From positions 2,144,001 to 2,208,000 of the forward strand of contig CAVQYR010000001.1 of NCBI GenBank assembly GCA_963718235.1: a DNA stretch of 64,000 nucleotides, given 5' to 3'. Source of the stretch: an uncultured Actinomycetota bacterium (lineage in GTDB: Bacteria; Actinomycetota; Actinomycetes; JAHEKZ01). How positions within the stretch are numbered: the stretch's first letter is position 1; every line of letters starts with the position of its first letter. The notes beneath the pieces were generated by a model. That model was not told the origin of the DNA and did not search any database. It saw nothing but the letters and a program-made list of their open reading frames with translations. The position numbers were made by a program, and so were the translations under genes. This document shows positions 26,079 through 34,983 of the stretch, piece after piece.

Positions 26079-26125
26079 CGTCAAGTTAGCCTTGACGTGA
26101 CCTAGCCGTCAAGACATCCTTGACG
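26079..26125. promoter_or_regulatory. Tandem operator: two CGTCAAG-N5-CTTGACG inverted repeats
   Basis: 26079-26097 and 26107-26125, 28-bp period, ending 2 nt before ATG 26128. Confidence 0.8.
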
Positions 26126-26127
26126 CC

Positions 26128-26419
26128 ATGACTCCACTCGAGACTCCCTCCCACGCCCTGTCGACGATGACCTCCGAGCAGCTGGTCGACCTTCTGCTGG
26201 CCGCCTCCGGAGAGCTGGCGTCACGCACCGACCACGGCACCGCTGAGCTGCTGCCGGCACTGGAGTCGCTGGGGAGGTGCATGGGCCAGGTCGGCCGGTC
26301 CATCGGAGCGTCCTACGCACGACCCAGGTCCCATGTGGCGGCCGTTCCGAGGCGAACGCAGCTGTGCACGCTGTCACCCGTCAGCCACCTCGGTGGCCCC
26401 GTCCGTGGTGGGGAGGTCA
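26128..26419 (+). CDS. Helical domain paralogous to the N-terminus of the 27458 HTH protein (fused to or upstream of C45 enzyme; end uncertain)
   Basis: Manual alignment gives 17/49 identities with 27458-27709; ORF reads in frame into the C45 N-terminus. Confidence 0.55.
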
Positions 26420-27418
26420 ATGGCAGCGAGAGGCTCACTCCGTTGACCATGTACGGGATCCACGAGAGCCGGCCGGGGTCGAAGTGGAGGTCGCTGTTCA
26501 AGGCCACCTGGAACGGGTATCGCGCGTGGTACGCCTCCGAAGGACTGGCCGAGCGCCCCGACCTGAGGACCTGCCGAGCGGCCCTCACGGAACACATGCC
26601 CGAGCTGATGTCCACGTGGGAGCGGCTCACCCAGCTCGCCGGGGCGTGACGAGCTGGCTGCGCGCATGCTCAGCCTGTGGAACCCACCGGCCTTCGCCCC
26701 TGGCTGCGCCCAGCTGGCCTTGGAAGCGCCACAGCGGGTTCTGGTGCGCAACTACGACTACGACCCGCAGCTGTTCGAGCGCGTGGTCTACTCCACCTCG
26801 TTCACCGACAAACGAGTGATCGGCACCGGCGACTGCCTGTGGGGTCTGCTCGACGGCATGAACGACGACGGGCTGGTGGTGTCGTTCACCTACGGCGGCC
26901 GGCCCGGCTGCGGCAACGGGTTCGCCATCCCGCTCGTCGTCCGGTACCTGCTCGAGGTGTGCAGCACACTGCACGACGCGAAGGAGGTGCTGCGGCGGGT
27001 CCCCGTCGCAACGGCGTACAACGTCACGGTCGCCGACCGCTCGGGCGAGGCAGCAACCGTCTTCGTCGCCCCGGACACTCCGGCTGAGTTCTTCGACACA
27101 CCGTTGGCCACCAACCATCGAGGCCTCGTGCCCGAGCACCCCGAGCTCGCCCGCAGACTCAACAGCGTCGAGCGCCAGGACGCACTGGTCCAGCTCGTCC
27201 GGTCTGGTGCCGATCGCGACCAGGTCGCCGCGGCATTCCTCCAGGCTCCCCTGCACAACACGAGGTACTCGCGAGGGTTCGGCACCCTCTACACGGCCGT
27301 CTACCGGCCCGACGACGGCGTTGTGGAGTACCGGTGGCCCGACGCGCAGTGGAACCGCGGTTTCGACTCCCCCGACGCCACCTTCGATGTCGTGCTCCGC
27401 GAGCCGGCCTCCCCGTAG
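26420..27418 (+). CDS. C45-family autoproteolytic Ntn acyltransferase/hydrolase; frameshift near 26644
   Basis: HMPEL, PGC cleavage/nucleophile site, VRNYDY, GLLDGMNDDGL, ATNH, GFGTLYT; start uncertain (26128, 26420 or 26449). Confidence 0.85.
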
Positions 27419-27457
27419 CATGACGATCTCCCAGCAGAACTGCGGAGGAGGTCGGGC

Positions 27458-27709
27458 ATGGTGCGGAGCGCGAACCGGTCGCCGGAACCAACGGTTCAGG
27501 AGCTGGCCGACCAGGCTCGCTCGGCCCTCGAGGAGCTCGCCCGACGACCGGAGTTCGACGCCTTCCAGGAGCTGCTCGCGCTCAGCCAGCTCGCCGGGGA
27601 GTGCGTCGGGGAGTCGGCCCGGGCCCTGGCGGCGAACAGCTCGTGGGCGCAGGTGGGCGATGTCTCCGGGACGACGAAGCAGGCTGCCTGGTCCCGCTGG
27701 AGCGGCTGA
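27458..27709 (+). CDS. Small HTH DNA-binding protein
   Basis: RBS GGAGGAGG; C-terminal SWAQVGDVSGTTKQAAWSRW HTH motif. Confidence 0.75.
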   Translation: MVRSANRSPEPTVQELADQARSALEELARRPEFDAFQELLALSQLAGECVGESARALAANSSWAQVGDVSGTTKQAAWSRWSG

Positions 27710-27855
27710 CTCCTTCCGCTCGACGGCAATCTCGCTCGCAACCTTGTCGATTGCCGGGCCCCCCGATCGTCGTCTGGGTGTCAGCGTGTCGGTCCCTGCC
27801 CCTTCACCGGGCACGAACCGGGCCGACACGGCCACGGCACCCGAAGGAGACCTCG

Positions 27856-28032
27856 ATGGCCTACTCACTCACCTGCGCGGACACCGGGGCGGCCTGCCCC
27901 GGGTCGTTCACGACCGAGACCAAGGACGAGCTCATGGAACACGTGCAGATCCATGCGAAGCACGCGCACCCGGAGCTGGCGGACAACCCAGATGCGGGAG
28001 CCATGATCGCCGGCCTGGTCAAGCAGGTCTGA
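27856..28032 (+). CDS. DUF1059-like small metal-binding protein
   Basis: RBS AAGGAG; C-x6-C ... HVQIHAKHAH. Confidence 0.8.
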   Translation: MAYSLTCADTGAACPGSFTTETKDELMEHVQIHAKHAHPELADNPDAGAMIAGLVKQV

Positions 28033-28040
28033 CTGCTGGG

Positions 28041-28085
28041 AGGGCCGGTACCGGCGCAGGAGCCATCACCGCCGGTACCGGCCCT
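28041..28085. terminator. Hairpin terminator
   Basis: 16-bp stem AGGGCCGGTACCGGCG / CGCCGGTACCGGCCCT. Confidence 0.7.
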
Positions 28086-28184
28086 CTAGTCCTCCTGCTC
28101 ACTCACGCCGGCCGTGACTTTCGACCCACGGCTCACGAGTCGATGCGGCCTACAATGAAGGTGTACGGCGAGGTGGTGAGGAAC

Positions 28185-28355
28185 ATGCCCACTGGCTGGA
28201 TGCCTGATGCACGACACGACCTTCGGATGCGGCCTGCCTACAAGGTGCGAGACGCCCGCGACGAACGAGAGCCCGGCACGGTGCACCACCTGCACTTGCA
28301 CCGCCCGCACCCGTTCCGTCGCGACCGGCGGCCCCCACGGGCGAACGCGGCCTGA
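28185..28355 (+). CDS. Putative small His/Arg-rich protein (56 aa)
   Basis: TACAAT -10 at 28151-28156, GAGG RBS, fills an otherwise empty gap. Confidence 0.45.
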   Translation: MPTGWMPDARHDLRMRPAYKVRDARDEREPGTVHHLHLHRPHPFRRDRRPPRANAA

Positions 28356-28419
28356 ACCGTCAGCCGACCCGGTCCGCACGTCCAGGGCGATGGCGTCGCG
28401 AGTTATGCATGATTGACGC

Positions 28420-28854
28420 ATGGTTGAGGTGCGACGAGCCGCGACCGTGGCCGAGGTCGAGGCAGCGGCGCCGCTGCTGGATGCGCCGACCAAGCCGGAA
28501 GCCGTACGACGGTTCCTCGGTGAGCCCGGACACCACATGCTGGTCGCCTATGCCGACGATCGCCGTCCCGTTGGGATGGTGACCGGCGTCGAGATGACCC
28601 ACCCGGACAAGGGCACCGAGATGTTCTTGTACGAGCTCGGAGTCGACGAGGCGAGTCAGGGCCAGGGAGTCGGTACAGCATTGGTCAAGGCCCTTGCCGA
28701 CCTAGCCCGCGATCACGGCTGCTACGGGATGTGGGTGCTCACAGACGCCGACAACGCGGCCGCGCTTGGCGCCTATCGCGCCGCCGGAGGGCAGGTACCC
28801 AGCGCACAGGTCCTGGTGAACTGGGATCTCACCGAGCAGGGCGCCACGAACTGA
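28420..28854 (+). CDS. GNAT acetyltransferase
   Basis: FLYELGVDEASQGQGVG, NAAALGAY. Confidence 0.88.
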   Translation: MVEVRRAATVAEVEAAAPLLDAPTKPEAVRRFLGEPGHHMLVAYADDRRPVGMVTGVEMTHPDKGTEMFLYELGVDEASQGQGVGTALVKALADLARDHGCYGMWVLTDADNAAALGAYRAAGGQVPSAQVLVNWDLTEQGATN

Positions 28855-28857
28855 CGA

Positions 28858-29577
28858 TCAGGCAGGCACGGCCTCGCGCTCACGACGCTGCTTGGCCCGA
28901 AGGATTCCCTCGGCGAACTGCGACGTGTCGAACCAGGTCGGGAAGTCGCGCGCCAGCTTGCTCGGCCCCAGCAGCCGGGCATGACCGTCTCTGACCAGCT
29001 CACGGAAGGGCGCGAGCCCGATCAGCCATCGCTGCATCTGCCCGGTGTCGGCCTCGACCGCCAGGTCGACGTCGCGTCCGGGGTCGTCACTGCACACCGT
29101 CACTGCCTCGGGCGTGATGTCGAGCCATCCCTGGGCTCCCCCCGGTCCGGTCAGCACGAGATGGACGACCGTGCGCTGATCTGGGAGCTTGTTCGGGATC
29201 GCCTTCTGGTGCATCCGCCACAGCAGGGACAGCCCGTCGCAGTCCTCCTCGGCCGGGTCGCCGAACACCCACTCCGCAGCCCACTGTCCGATCGCCCACA
29301 CGATCGGGGTCAGTGACTCACCGGCCGGGGTCAGCACGTAGCGGCCGGGGCGACCGCGCGCCGCCGCCTCCCGGTGGACGAGCCCCCGACGTTCGAGGAC
29401 CCGAAGGCGTTGGGCCAGCAGGCTGCGACTCATCTTGGGCACGCCTCGGTGGATCTCGTTGAACCCGCTGGCCCCCACCATGAGCTCGCGGATGACCAGG
29501 GGCGTCCATCGGTCGCCGAGCACGTCGACGCCGACGGCGATCGGGCAGTAGTCCGCGTAGATCGACATGGTGGCCAT
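28858..29577 (-). CDS. HxlR-family winged-helix regulator with C-terminal SCP2-like domain
   Basis: YCPIAVGVDVLGDRWTPLVIREL, LAQRLRVLE. Confidence 0.9.
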   Translation of the reverse strand: MATMSIYADYCPIAVGVDVLGDRWTPLVIRELMVGASGFNEIHRGVPKMSRSLLAQRLRVLERRGLVHREAAARGRPGRYVLTPAGESLTPIVWAIGQWAAEWVFGDPAEEDCDGLSLLWRMHQKAIPNKLPDQRTVVHLVLTGPGGAQGWLDITPEAVTVCSDDPGRDVDLAVEADTGQMQRWLIGLAPFRELVRDGHARLLGPSKLARDFPTWFDTSQFAEGILRAKQRREREAVPA

Positions 29578-29604
29578 TGTGAGCCGAGGGAGCCCTTCGC
29601 AGGT

Positions 29605-29720
29605 AGTACGAAACCTGTACCGAGCCACGCTCAGCCACGCCCACACGGGAGGTGATTCGTCCTCATCTGCCCCTTTGAACCGCCCCAGGAGCGCGCCGCG
29701 ACCAGTACGAGGTCGGGACT
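29605..29720. promoter_or_regulatory. Two 17-bp AGTAC-N7-G(T/G)AC(C/T) sites, candidate HxlR operators
   Basis: AGTACGAAACCTGTACC (29605-29621) and AGTACGAGGTCGGGACT (29704-29720). Confidence 0.5.
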
Positions 29721-29792
29721 CGTTCCCGGTCGTCGGAAGCAACACCCTCGAAGTCACCAGCGCTCACAACGGGCGCACCGAGAGGAGCAACG

Positions 29793-30617
29793 ATGACCAT
29801 CGCACCAACTCTGCCCGACCTGGCCGCCGTCAAGGCTCGCCAGCAGAAGACCTGGTCCAGCGGCGACTACGCGTACGTGGCCTCGCGGATCGTCCTGGCC
29901 AGCGAGCGGCTCGCCGACTCGGCCGACCTGCGGGCCGGCTGGCACGTGCTCGACGTGGCCTGCGGCAGCGGAAACACCTCGCTAGCCGCAGCCCGGCAAG
30001 GAGCACACGTCGTCGGCGTCGACTACGTGCCCAGCCTGCTGGACGACGGCCGGGCCCGCGCCACCGCGGAACGCCTCGACGTCGAGTTCCGGCTCGGCGA
30101 CGCCGAAGACCTGCCCGCTGACGAAGACTCCTTCGACGCGGTGGTGAGCGTCTTCGGCACGATGTTCGCGCCGAACCACCAACGGACCGCAGAGGAGATC
30201 GTCCGGGTCGCCCGGCCCGGGGCCACCGTGGGTCTCGCGTCGTGGACCCCGGACGGCTTCATCGGCCAGATGTTCGGGGTCATCGGCCGACACGTCCCGC
30301 CGCCGGCCGGCGTCCAGTCCCCACTGAAGTGGGGCACCGAGTCGCACCTGTTCGACCTGTTCGGCGAGTCCGCCGTCGAGGTGCGCTCGACCCAGCACAC
30401 GCAGGTGTTCCGCTACACCTCACCGGAGGACTTCGTCGGCTTCTTCCGCCGCTGGTACGGGCCGACGGTCAGCGCGTTCGCCGCCCTCGACGACGTCGGG
30501 CAGGATGCGCTCGCCGGCGACCTCGCCGACCTCGCGCGGCGCGAGGACCGCAACGGTGGTGGCGGCAGCATCAGCATCCCGGCCACGTACCTCGAGTCGG
30601 TGATCACCCTGCGCTGA
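29793..30617 (+). CDS. Class I SAM-dependent methyltransferase
   Basis: WSSGDY, VLDVACGSGN, GDAEDLP, FGTMFAP. Confidence 0.9.
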   Translation: MTIAPTLPDLAAVKARQQKTWSSGDYAYVASRIVLASERLADSADLRAGWHVLDVACGSGNTSLAAARQGAHVVGVDYVPSLLDDGRARATAERLDVEFRLGDAEDLPADEDSFDAVVSVFGTMFAPNHQRTAEEIVRVARPGATVGLASWTPDGFIGQMFGVIGRHVPPPAGVQSPLKWGTESHLFDLFGESAVEVRSTQHTQVFRYTSPEDFVGFFRRWYGPTVSAFAALDDVGQDALAGDLADLARREDRNGGGGSISIPATYLESVITLR

Positions 30618-30627
30618 CCCAACGCCG

Positions 30628-31291
30628 TCACGGCTCCAGCGCGGGGTCGACTGCCGGGCCGACGTGGTCGGCCAGCCACTCGGTCAGCGGCTGAAGCTGG
30701 CGCCAGCCCTTGCGGACGACGGTGAGCGTCTTGCGCGTGCCCATCCACGGCTCCACGGCGTAGTGGCGCAGACCGACCAGGGCCCGGAACCGAAGCAGGT
30801 CCAGGTTCGGGTGGTCTGCGTCCACGCCGCGGGGGCGGGTCTTCAGTGGCTGTCCGTCGATCTCCCAGCCCTGCTTCTCCAGCGTCGCGAGCAGGCCCCG
30901 CAGATGTGCTGCGTGGCCGGCGTCGACGGCCTCCCGGTACCGGGCGACCTGCTGGCCCTGGGGGGCGTACCAGCCACCCGCCACCATCAGCCCGGCGGCG
31001 GACACCTGGACGTAGTAGCCGACGGCGTCCTCCAGGCCGACGAACCCGCCCTGGTGGTCCTTGATCGGCGTCTTGTCCTTGCTGAACCGGGTGTCCCGGT
31101 GGGGGCGGAACAGGTGTCCTTCGCCGAACTCCGGGGCCAGCTCGTCCAGCAGCGCGCGTCAACGGGTCACGAACCGACCGCTCGTAGTCGACCTTGTGCT
31201 CCTTCCACCAGGAGCGGGTGTTGTGGGCGGCCAGGGTGTCGTAGAAGTCGAACGCCTCGACCGGCAGCCCCTCGAAGCGGGTCGTGGTCAC
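30628..31291 (-). CDS. DUF2461-family protein; frameshift near 31155
   Basis: FYDTLAAHNTRSWW in one frame; FRPHRDTRFSKDKTP and LKTRPRG..HPNLDLLR in the next. Confidence 0.85.
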
Positions 31292-31419
31292 GAGTCCCCC
31301 AACAGGCGCGACCGACCATCGGCCGCTAGCCCCATCGTGCCGCATCCCCACGCCGAAGGACCCTGCCACTGCGGTCAGGACACGGCTAACGTCGAAGTGA
31401 AGACCCGTGGGGGTGGGAG

Positions 31420-31701
31420 ATGCACCCGTTCTACGGACCGAGCGGTCGACTCGTGAGTGGTCGTGAGTCGTCGCTGACTGGCTTGGTCTCGATGGCCGCC
31501 TACCTGACGTTCTGGGCCATTGCCATCGCCGTGGCCAAGAAGGAGCTGGACGCCCGCCTCCCACGGCGACAGGCGGCCCGGTCGGCAGATGACCCCGCAG
31601 TGGCCGTGCTTCGGGAGCGGCTGGCCCGGGGTGAGATCGACGTCGAGGAGTACCGGGAGCGCCTGCAGGCCCTTGTCTCGGAGCCTGGGGGTGCGTCATG
31701 A
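31420..31701 (+). CDS. SHOCT-domain small membrane protein
   Basis: One TM, then AVAVLRERLARGEIDVEEYRER. Confidence 0.85.
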   Translation: MHPFYGPSGRLVSGRESSLTGLVSMAAYLTFWAIAIAVAKKELDARLPRRQAARSADDPAVAVLRERLARGEIDVEEYRERLQALVSEPGGAS

Positions 31702-32633
31702 CGGCGACCGCCCCACCCATGGTTCCTCGCGTCCCGATGAGGACGTGGCTGGAGCTGGGCTGGTTCGGCCTGACCACGATCCTGTTCCGGCGCAAGGACC
31801 CGATCGTCGGCTCGCTGATCGTCACCGACCGCTGCAACCTGGCCTGCCGCCACTGTGCCGTGGCAAACATCCGCCGGGTCAACTACTCCTTCGAGCGCCT
31901 GCAGTCCGACCTGCAGATGCTGCACGACGAGGGCGTGCGGATCCTCTTCCTCTACGGCGGTGAGCCGTTCCTGTGGCGAGACGGCGACCGCACGCTGCAC
32001 GACGTGGTGGCGGAGGCGCGACGCATCGGCTTCCCGCTGGTCAACGTCGTCACCAACGGCACGTACGGGCTGGACCTGCCCGAGGCCGACCTGATCCTGG
32101 TCAGCGTCGACGGCACTCGCGAGCATCATGACGAGCTCCGCGGGCACAACTACGACCAGGTGCTGGCGATCATCCGAGACGCCCCTGCCGACAACCTGTG
32201 CCTCTACATGGCGGTGAACCGGGTCAACCTCGACGACATCGAGCACGTGTGCGCCCTGGCGCGCGACCTGCCGCACGTGCGAGCAGTGTCGTTCAACCTG
32301 CACACCCCGTACCCGGGCACCGAGGAGCTCACGCTCAGCCCCGAGCAGCGCCGAACGGCCTGCGAGCGCATCGTCGACATGATCGACCGCGGCTACCCGG
32401 TGCTCAACATGCGCAGCGCCTTGCCGCGCGTTGCCGACGGAACCGCGCCGCGACCCTGCCCGCAGTGCGTGATCGTGGAGGACGGCGAGCAGTGGACCTG
32501 CGGACGGTGCATCGAGATCCCCGGACTGTGTGAGCAGTGCGGATTCATCTTCGCCAGTGAGCTGTCCCTGCTCTTCCGCGGCAACCCTCGCGTGGTGCGC
32601 GACGCGCTCCGGGCCTACCACTCCTACCTGTGA
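31698..32633 (+). CDS. Radical SAM protein with Cys-rich C-terminal (twitch/DUF3463-like) domain
   Basis: CNLACRHC, GGEP, VTNG, SVDG; C-terminal CPQC, CGRC, CEQC; ATGA overlap. Confidence 0.9.
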   Translation: MTATAPPMVPRVPMRTWLELGWFGLTTILFRRKDPIVGSLIVTDRCNLACRHCAVANIRRVNYSFERLQSDLQMLHDEGVRILFLYGGEPFLWRDGDRTLHDVVAEARRIGFPLVNVVTNGTYGLDLPEADLILVSVDGTREHHDELRGHNYDQVLAIIRDAPADNLCLYMAVNRVNLDDIEHVCALARDLPHVRAVSFNLHTPYPGTEELTLSPEQRRTACERIVDMIDRGYPVLNMRSALPRVADGTAPRPCPQCVIVEDGEQWTCGRCIEIPGLCEQCGFIFASELSLLFRGNPRVVRDALRAYHSYL

Positions 32634-32654
32634 CCCAAACCTGCTGGGCGCAGG

Positions 32655-33140
32655 TCAGTCGGCGAGGATCGCGTCGATCTGGCCGGCCGCCCCGCGCAGT
32701 CCCTCTTCCATGCCCATGTCGGACAGCTGCTGCATCTGCTCGGCCGAGTGGAACGTGGTCACCACGGTCATCAGGGTGCCGTCATCGGTAGGCGCGAGAT
32801 CCACCCGGATCCGCATGGTCGGCATCGTCAGGTCGGGCTGGCCGGAGGTGTCGGAGAAGCCGTCCTCGAACTCCAGCGAGCGCGGCGGGTCGATGTGGGT
32901 GAACTGCCACCAGCCCTCGGCCTTCTCACCGGCCGGGCCGGTCATGTAGTAGCGGACGCGGCCACCCACGGTGAGGTCGTGGTCGACGACGGTGGCCGGC
33001 CAGGTGGGCGGTCCCCACCAGCGCTCGAGCTGACGCGGGTCGGCCCAGATCTGCCACACCCGCTCCGGCGGCTTGGCCAAGGCGGCGGTCATGGTGAGGG
33101 TCAGGGCTTGTGGGTCCTTGGTGATGTCCAGCACGGGCAC
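32655..33140 (-). CDS. SRPBCC/AHSA1-like protein
   Basis: WADPRQLERWWGPP, MGMEEG. Confidence 0.88.
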   Translation of the reverse strand: MPVLDITKDPQALTLTMTAALAKPPERVWQIWADPRQLERWWGPPTWPATVVDHDLTVGGRVRYYMTGPAGEKAEGWWQFTHIDPPRSLEFEDGFSDTSGQPDLTMPTMRIRVDLAPTDDGTLMTVVTTFHSAEQMQQLSDMGMEEGLRGAAGQIDAILAD

Positions 33141-33152
33141 GGTGGGTCTCCT

Positions 33153-33494
33153 TCAGGGGGTGGGGTCCTCGGACAACAGGTGGTCGATCTGGTCGACTCG
33201 GGCTCGCCAGATCTGTTCGTACTCGTCCAGCAACCGCATGGCGAACTGCACCGCCTCGACGTTCCCGCTGACGAGCCGCTCGCGCCCGCTCGCCCGCTTG
33301 ATGACCAGCGACGCCCGTTCCAGGACGGCGACGTGCTTCTGCACCGCCGCGAAGCTCATCGCGTAGTGGGCGGCCAGCGACGAAACCGACGCCTCCTGGT
33401 GCAGCACGCGCACCACGATGTCGCGGCGGGTGGCGTCGGCAAGTGCCGCGAACACCCGGTCCACGGCCTCAGGGTCGATGCTTCGTACAACCAT
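33153..33494 (-). CDS. ArsR-family regulator
   Basis: FAALADATRR, MSFAAVQKHVAVLE. Confidence 0.9.
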   Translation of the reverse strand: MVVRSIDPEAVDRVFAALADATRRDIVVRVLHQEASVSSLAAHYAMSFAAVQKHVAVLERASLVIKRASGRERLVSGNVEAVQFAMRLLDEYEQIWRARVDQIDHLLSEDPTP

Positions 33495-33530
33495 TTAGTT
33501 GTACATTATCGGACCGCCTCTGCCTGTCAA
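33485..33530 (-). promoter_or_regulatory. Sigma70 promoter and ArsR operator over a probably leaderless start
   Basis: TTGACA (33530-33525)-N16-TAATGT; palindrome GTACAAC-N6-GTTGTAC at 33485-33504. Confidence 0.75.
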
Positions 33531-33568
33531 GCCTTGGACCCGGCGAGTCGAACCCGGGCTCGCCGCGG

Positions 33569-33871
33569 TCAGGCGTACTTGTCGGGCCGCACGACGGCGA
33601 CCGACGTGGTCCAGGCCACGACGGCATAGTGGGAGAAGTAGTCGCGGGCCAGCACCGCCAGGAAGCGGTCGGCGACGTCCCGTGTCACCAGCGCCTCCAG
33701 CCGCACGTTGTCGCCCTCGAACTCGTCGGCCCGCACACCTCGTGAGCCGCGCCCCCGTGCGTCGGTGATCGTCCACCCCTGTGCACCGGCCTCGCCGAGG
33801 TCGCGCACGAGTCGGTGCTCGAGAACCGCCTCGGCGACGACCGTGACCAAGACGACGTGTGGCAGCTCCAT
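33569..33871 (-). CDS. SbtB-like PII-superfamily protein
   Basis: VTVVAEAVLE, GWTITDARGRGSRG, NVRLE; downstream of sbtA-like gene. Confidence 0.85.
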   Translation of the reverse strand: MELPHVVLVTVVAEAVLEHRLVRDLGEAGAQGWTITDARGRGSRGVRADEFEGDNVRLEALVTRDVADRFLAVLARDYFSHYAVVAWTTSVAVVRPDKYA

Positions 33872-33900
33872 CGGTCCCTCAATTCCGTCGTTGATCTCCA

Positions 33901-34866
33901 CTAGCCGCCCAAGCGTTCTGCGATCGCGAGGTAGAGCGGGATGCCGAGAATCAGGTTGAACGGGAAAGTGATCCCCAGACTGGCCGTCAGGTAGTAGCCA
34001 GGGTTGGCCTCGGGCAGAGCCAGGCGCACGGCCGCCGGGGCCGCGATGTACGAGGCACTGGCGGCCAGCACCCCAAGAATCGCCGAGCCGCCGACGGACA
34101 GCCCGCTGACCAGTCCTGCCGAGATCCCGAGCACGCCGGTGACGACCGGGAAGACCAGGGCGAAGCCCACCAACCCGAACCCCGCCTCCGGCAGGTCCCT
34201 CAGCCGCCGAGCTGCGATCACTCCCATCTCGAGGAGGAAGAGGGTGAGCACCCCGGTGAACATGTCGCCGAAGAACGGCTGGACCCGCTCGTATCCGCCC
34301 GCCCCTGTGACGAAGCCGATCAGCAAGCCTCCCACGAGCAGCACGACGCTTCGACTCGTCAAGACCTCACGCAGCGACTCTCCCCAGGACGCCGAGCGGG
34401 CCGTGTGACGACCGGCAAGCAGCAACGCGATCACGATCGCCGGGACCTCGAGCACCGCCAGCAGCGTGGTGACGAAGCCCTCGTAAGAGACGCCCGATGA
34501 CGTGAGGAAGACGGCCGCCGCCGTGAAGGTGACGAGCGAGGTCGAGCCGTAGTGAGCAGACACTGCGGCGCGGTCGACCGGCCCCAGGCGGGTGACCGCA
34601 CGAAGGGTCCAGAACGCGAACACCGGGATCACCACGCCCAGCATGAGCGTCGCGAGCACCGGCCCGAGCACCTCTCCGGGCGGCGCGGCGCGCAGCGCGA
34701 CCCCGCCCTTGATGCCGATGCCGAGCAGCAAGTACACAGTGAGCAGCTGGTACACCGGTTCCGGAAGTCGCAGGTCGCTCCCGATCAGCGTGGCCACCAG
34801 GCCCAGCACGAAGGCAAGAACCGGGGGGGACGTCAGATTGGCCCAGGCCAGGCTCCACGTCTCCAT
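33901..34866 (-). CDS. SbtA-family Na+-dependent bicarbonate transporter permease
   Basis: YLLLGIGIKGG, AHYGSTSLVTF, SASYIAAPAA, SLGITFPFN. Confidence 0.9.
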   Translation of the reverse strand: METWSLAWANLTSPPVLAFVLGLVATLIGSDLRLPEPVYQLLTVYLLLGIGIKGGVALRAAPPGEVLGPVLATLMLGVVIPVFAFWTLRAVTRLGPVDRAAVSAHYGSTSLVTFTAAAVFLTSSGVSYEGFVTTLLAVLEVPAIVIALLLAGRHTARSASWGESLREVLTSRSVVLLVGGLLIGFVTGAGGYERVQPFFGDMFTGVLTLFLLEMGVIAARRLRDLPEAGFGLVGFALVFPVVTGVLGISAGLVSGLSVGGSAILGVLAASASYIAAPAAVRLALPEANPGYYLTASLGITFPFNLILGIPLYLAIAERLGG

Positions 34867-34983
34867 CGCCTGGAATCTACCGAAGCCTCGGCTTCTCAGG
34901 CACCTGGAGACGTCGGCCGTCCCTTCGACTGGTTCGGCGGCTGCGGCACGCGTTGCGGCGCGCCGCTGCTGCCGGCTCCGGGG

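Noticed and set aside
31420-32633. RiPP cluster (rSAM plus small upstream ORF as precursor)
   Set aside because: The small ORF is a TM-SHOCT protein. No RRE/PqqD domain, peptidase or transporter is linked.
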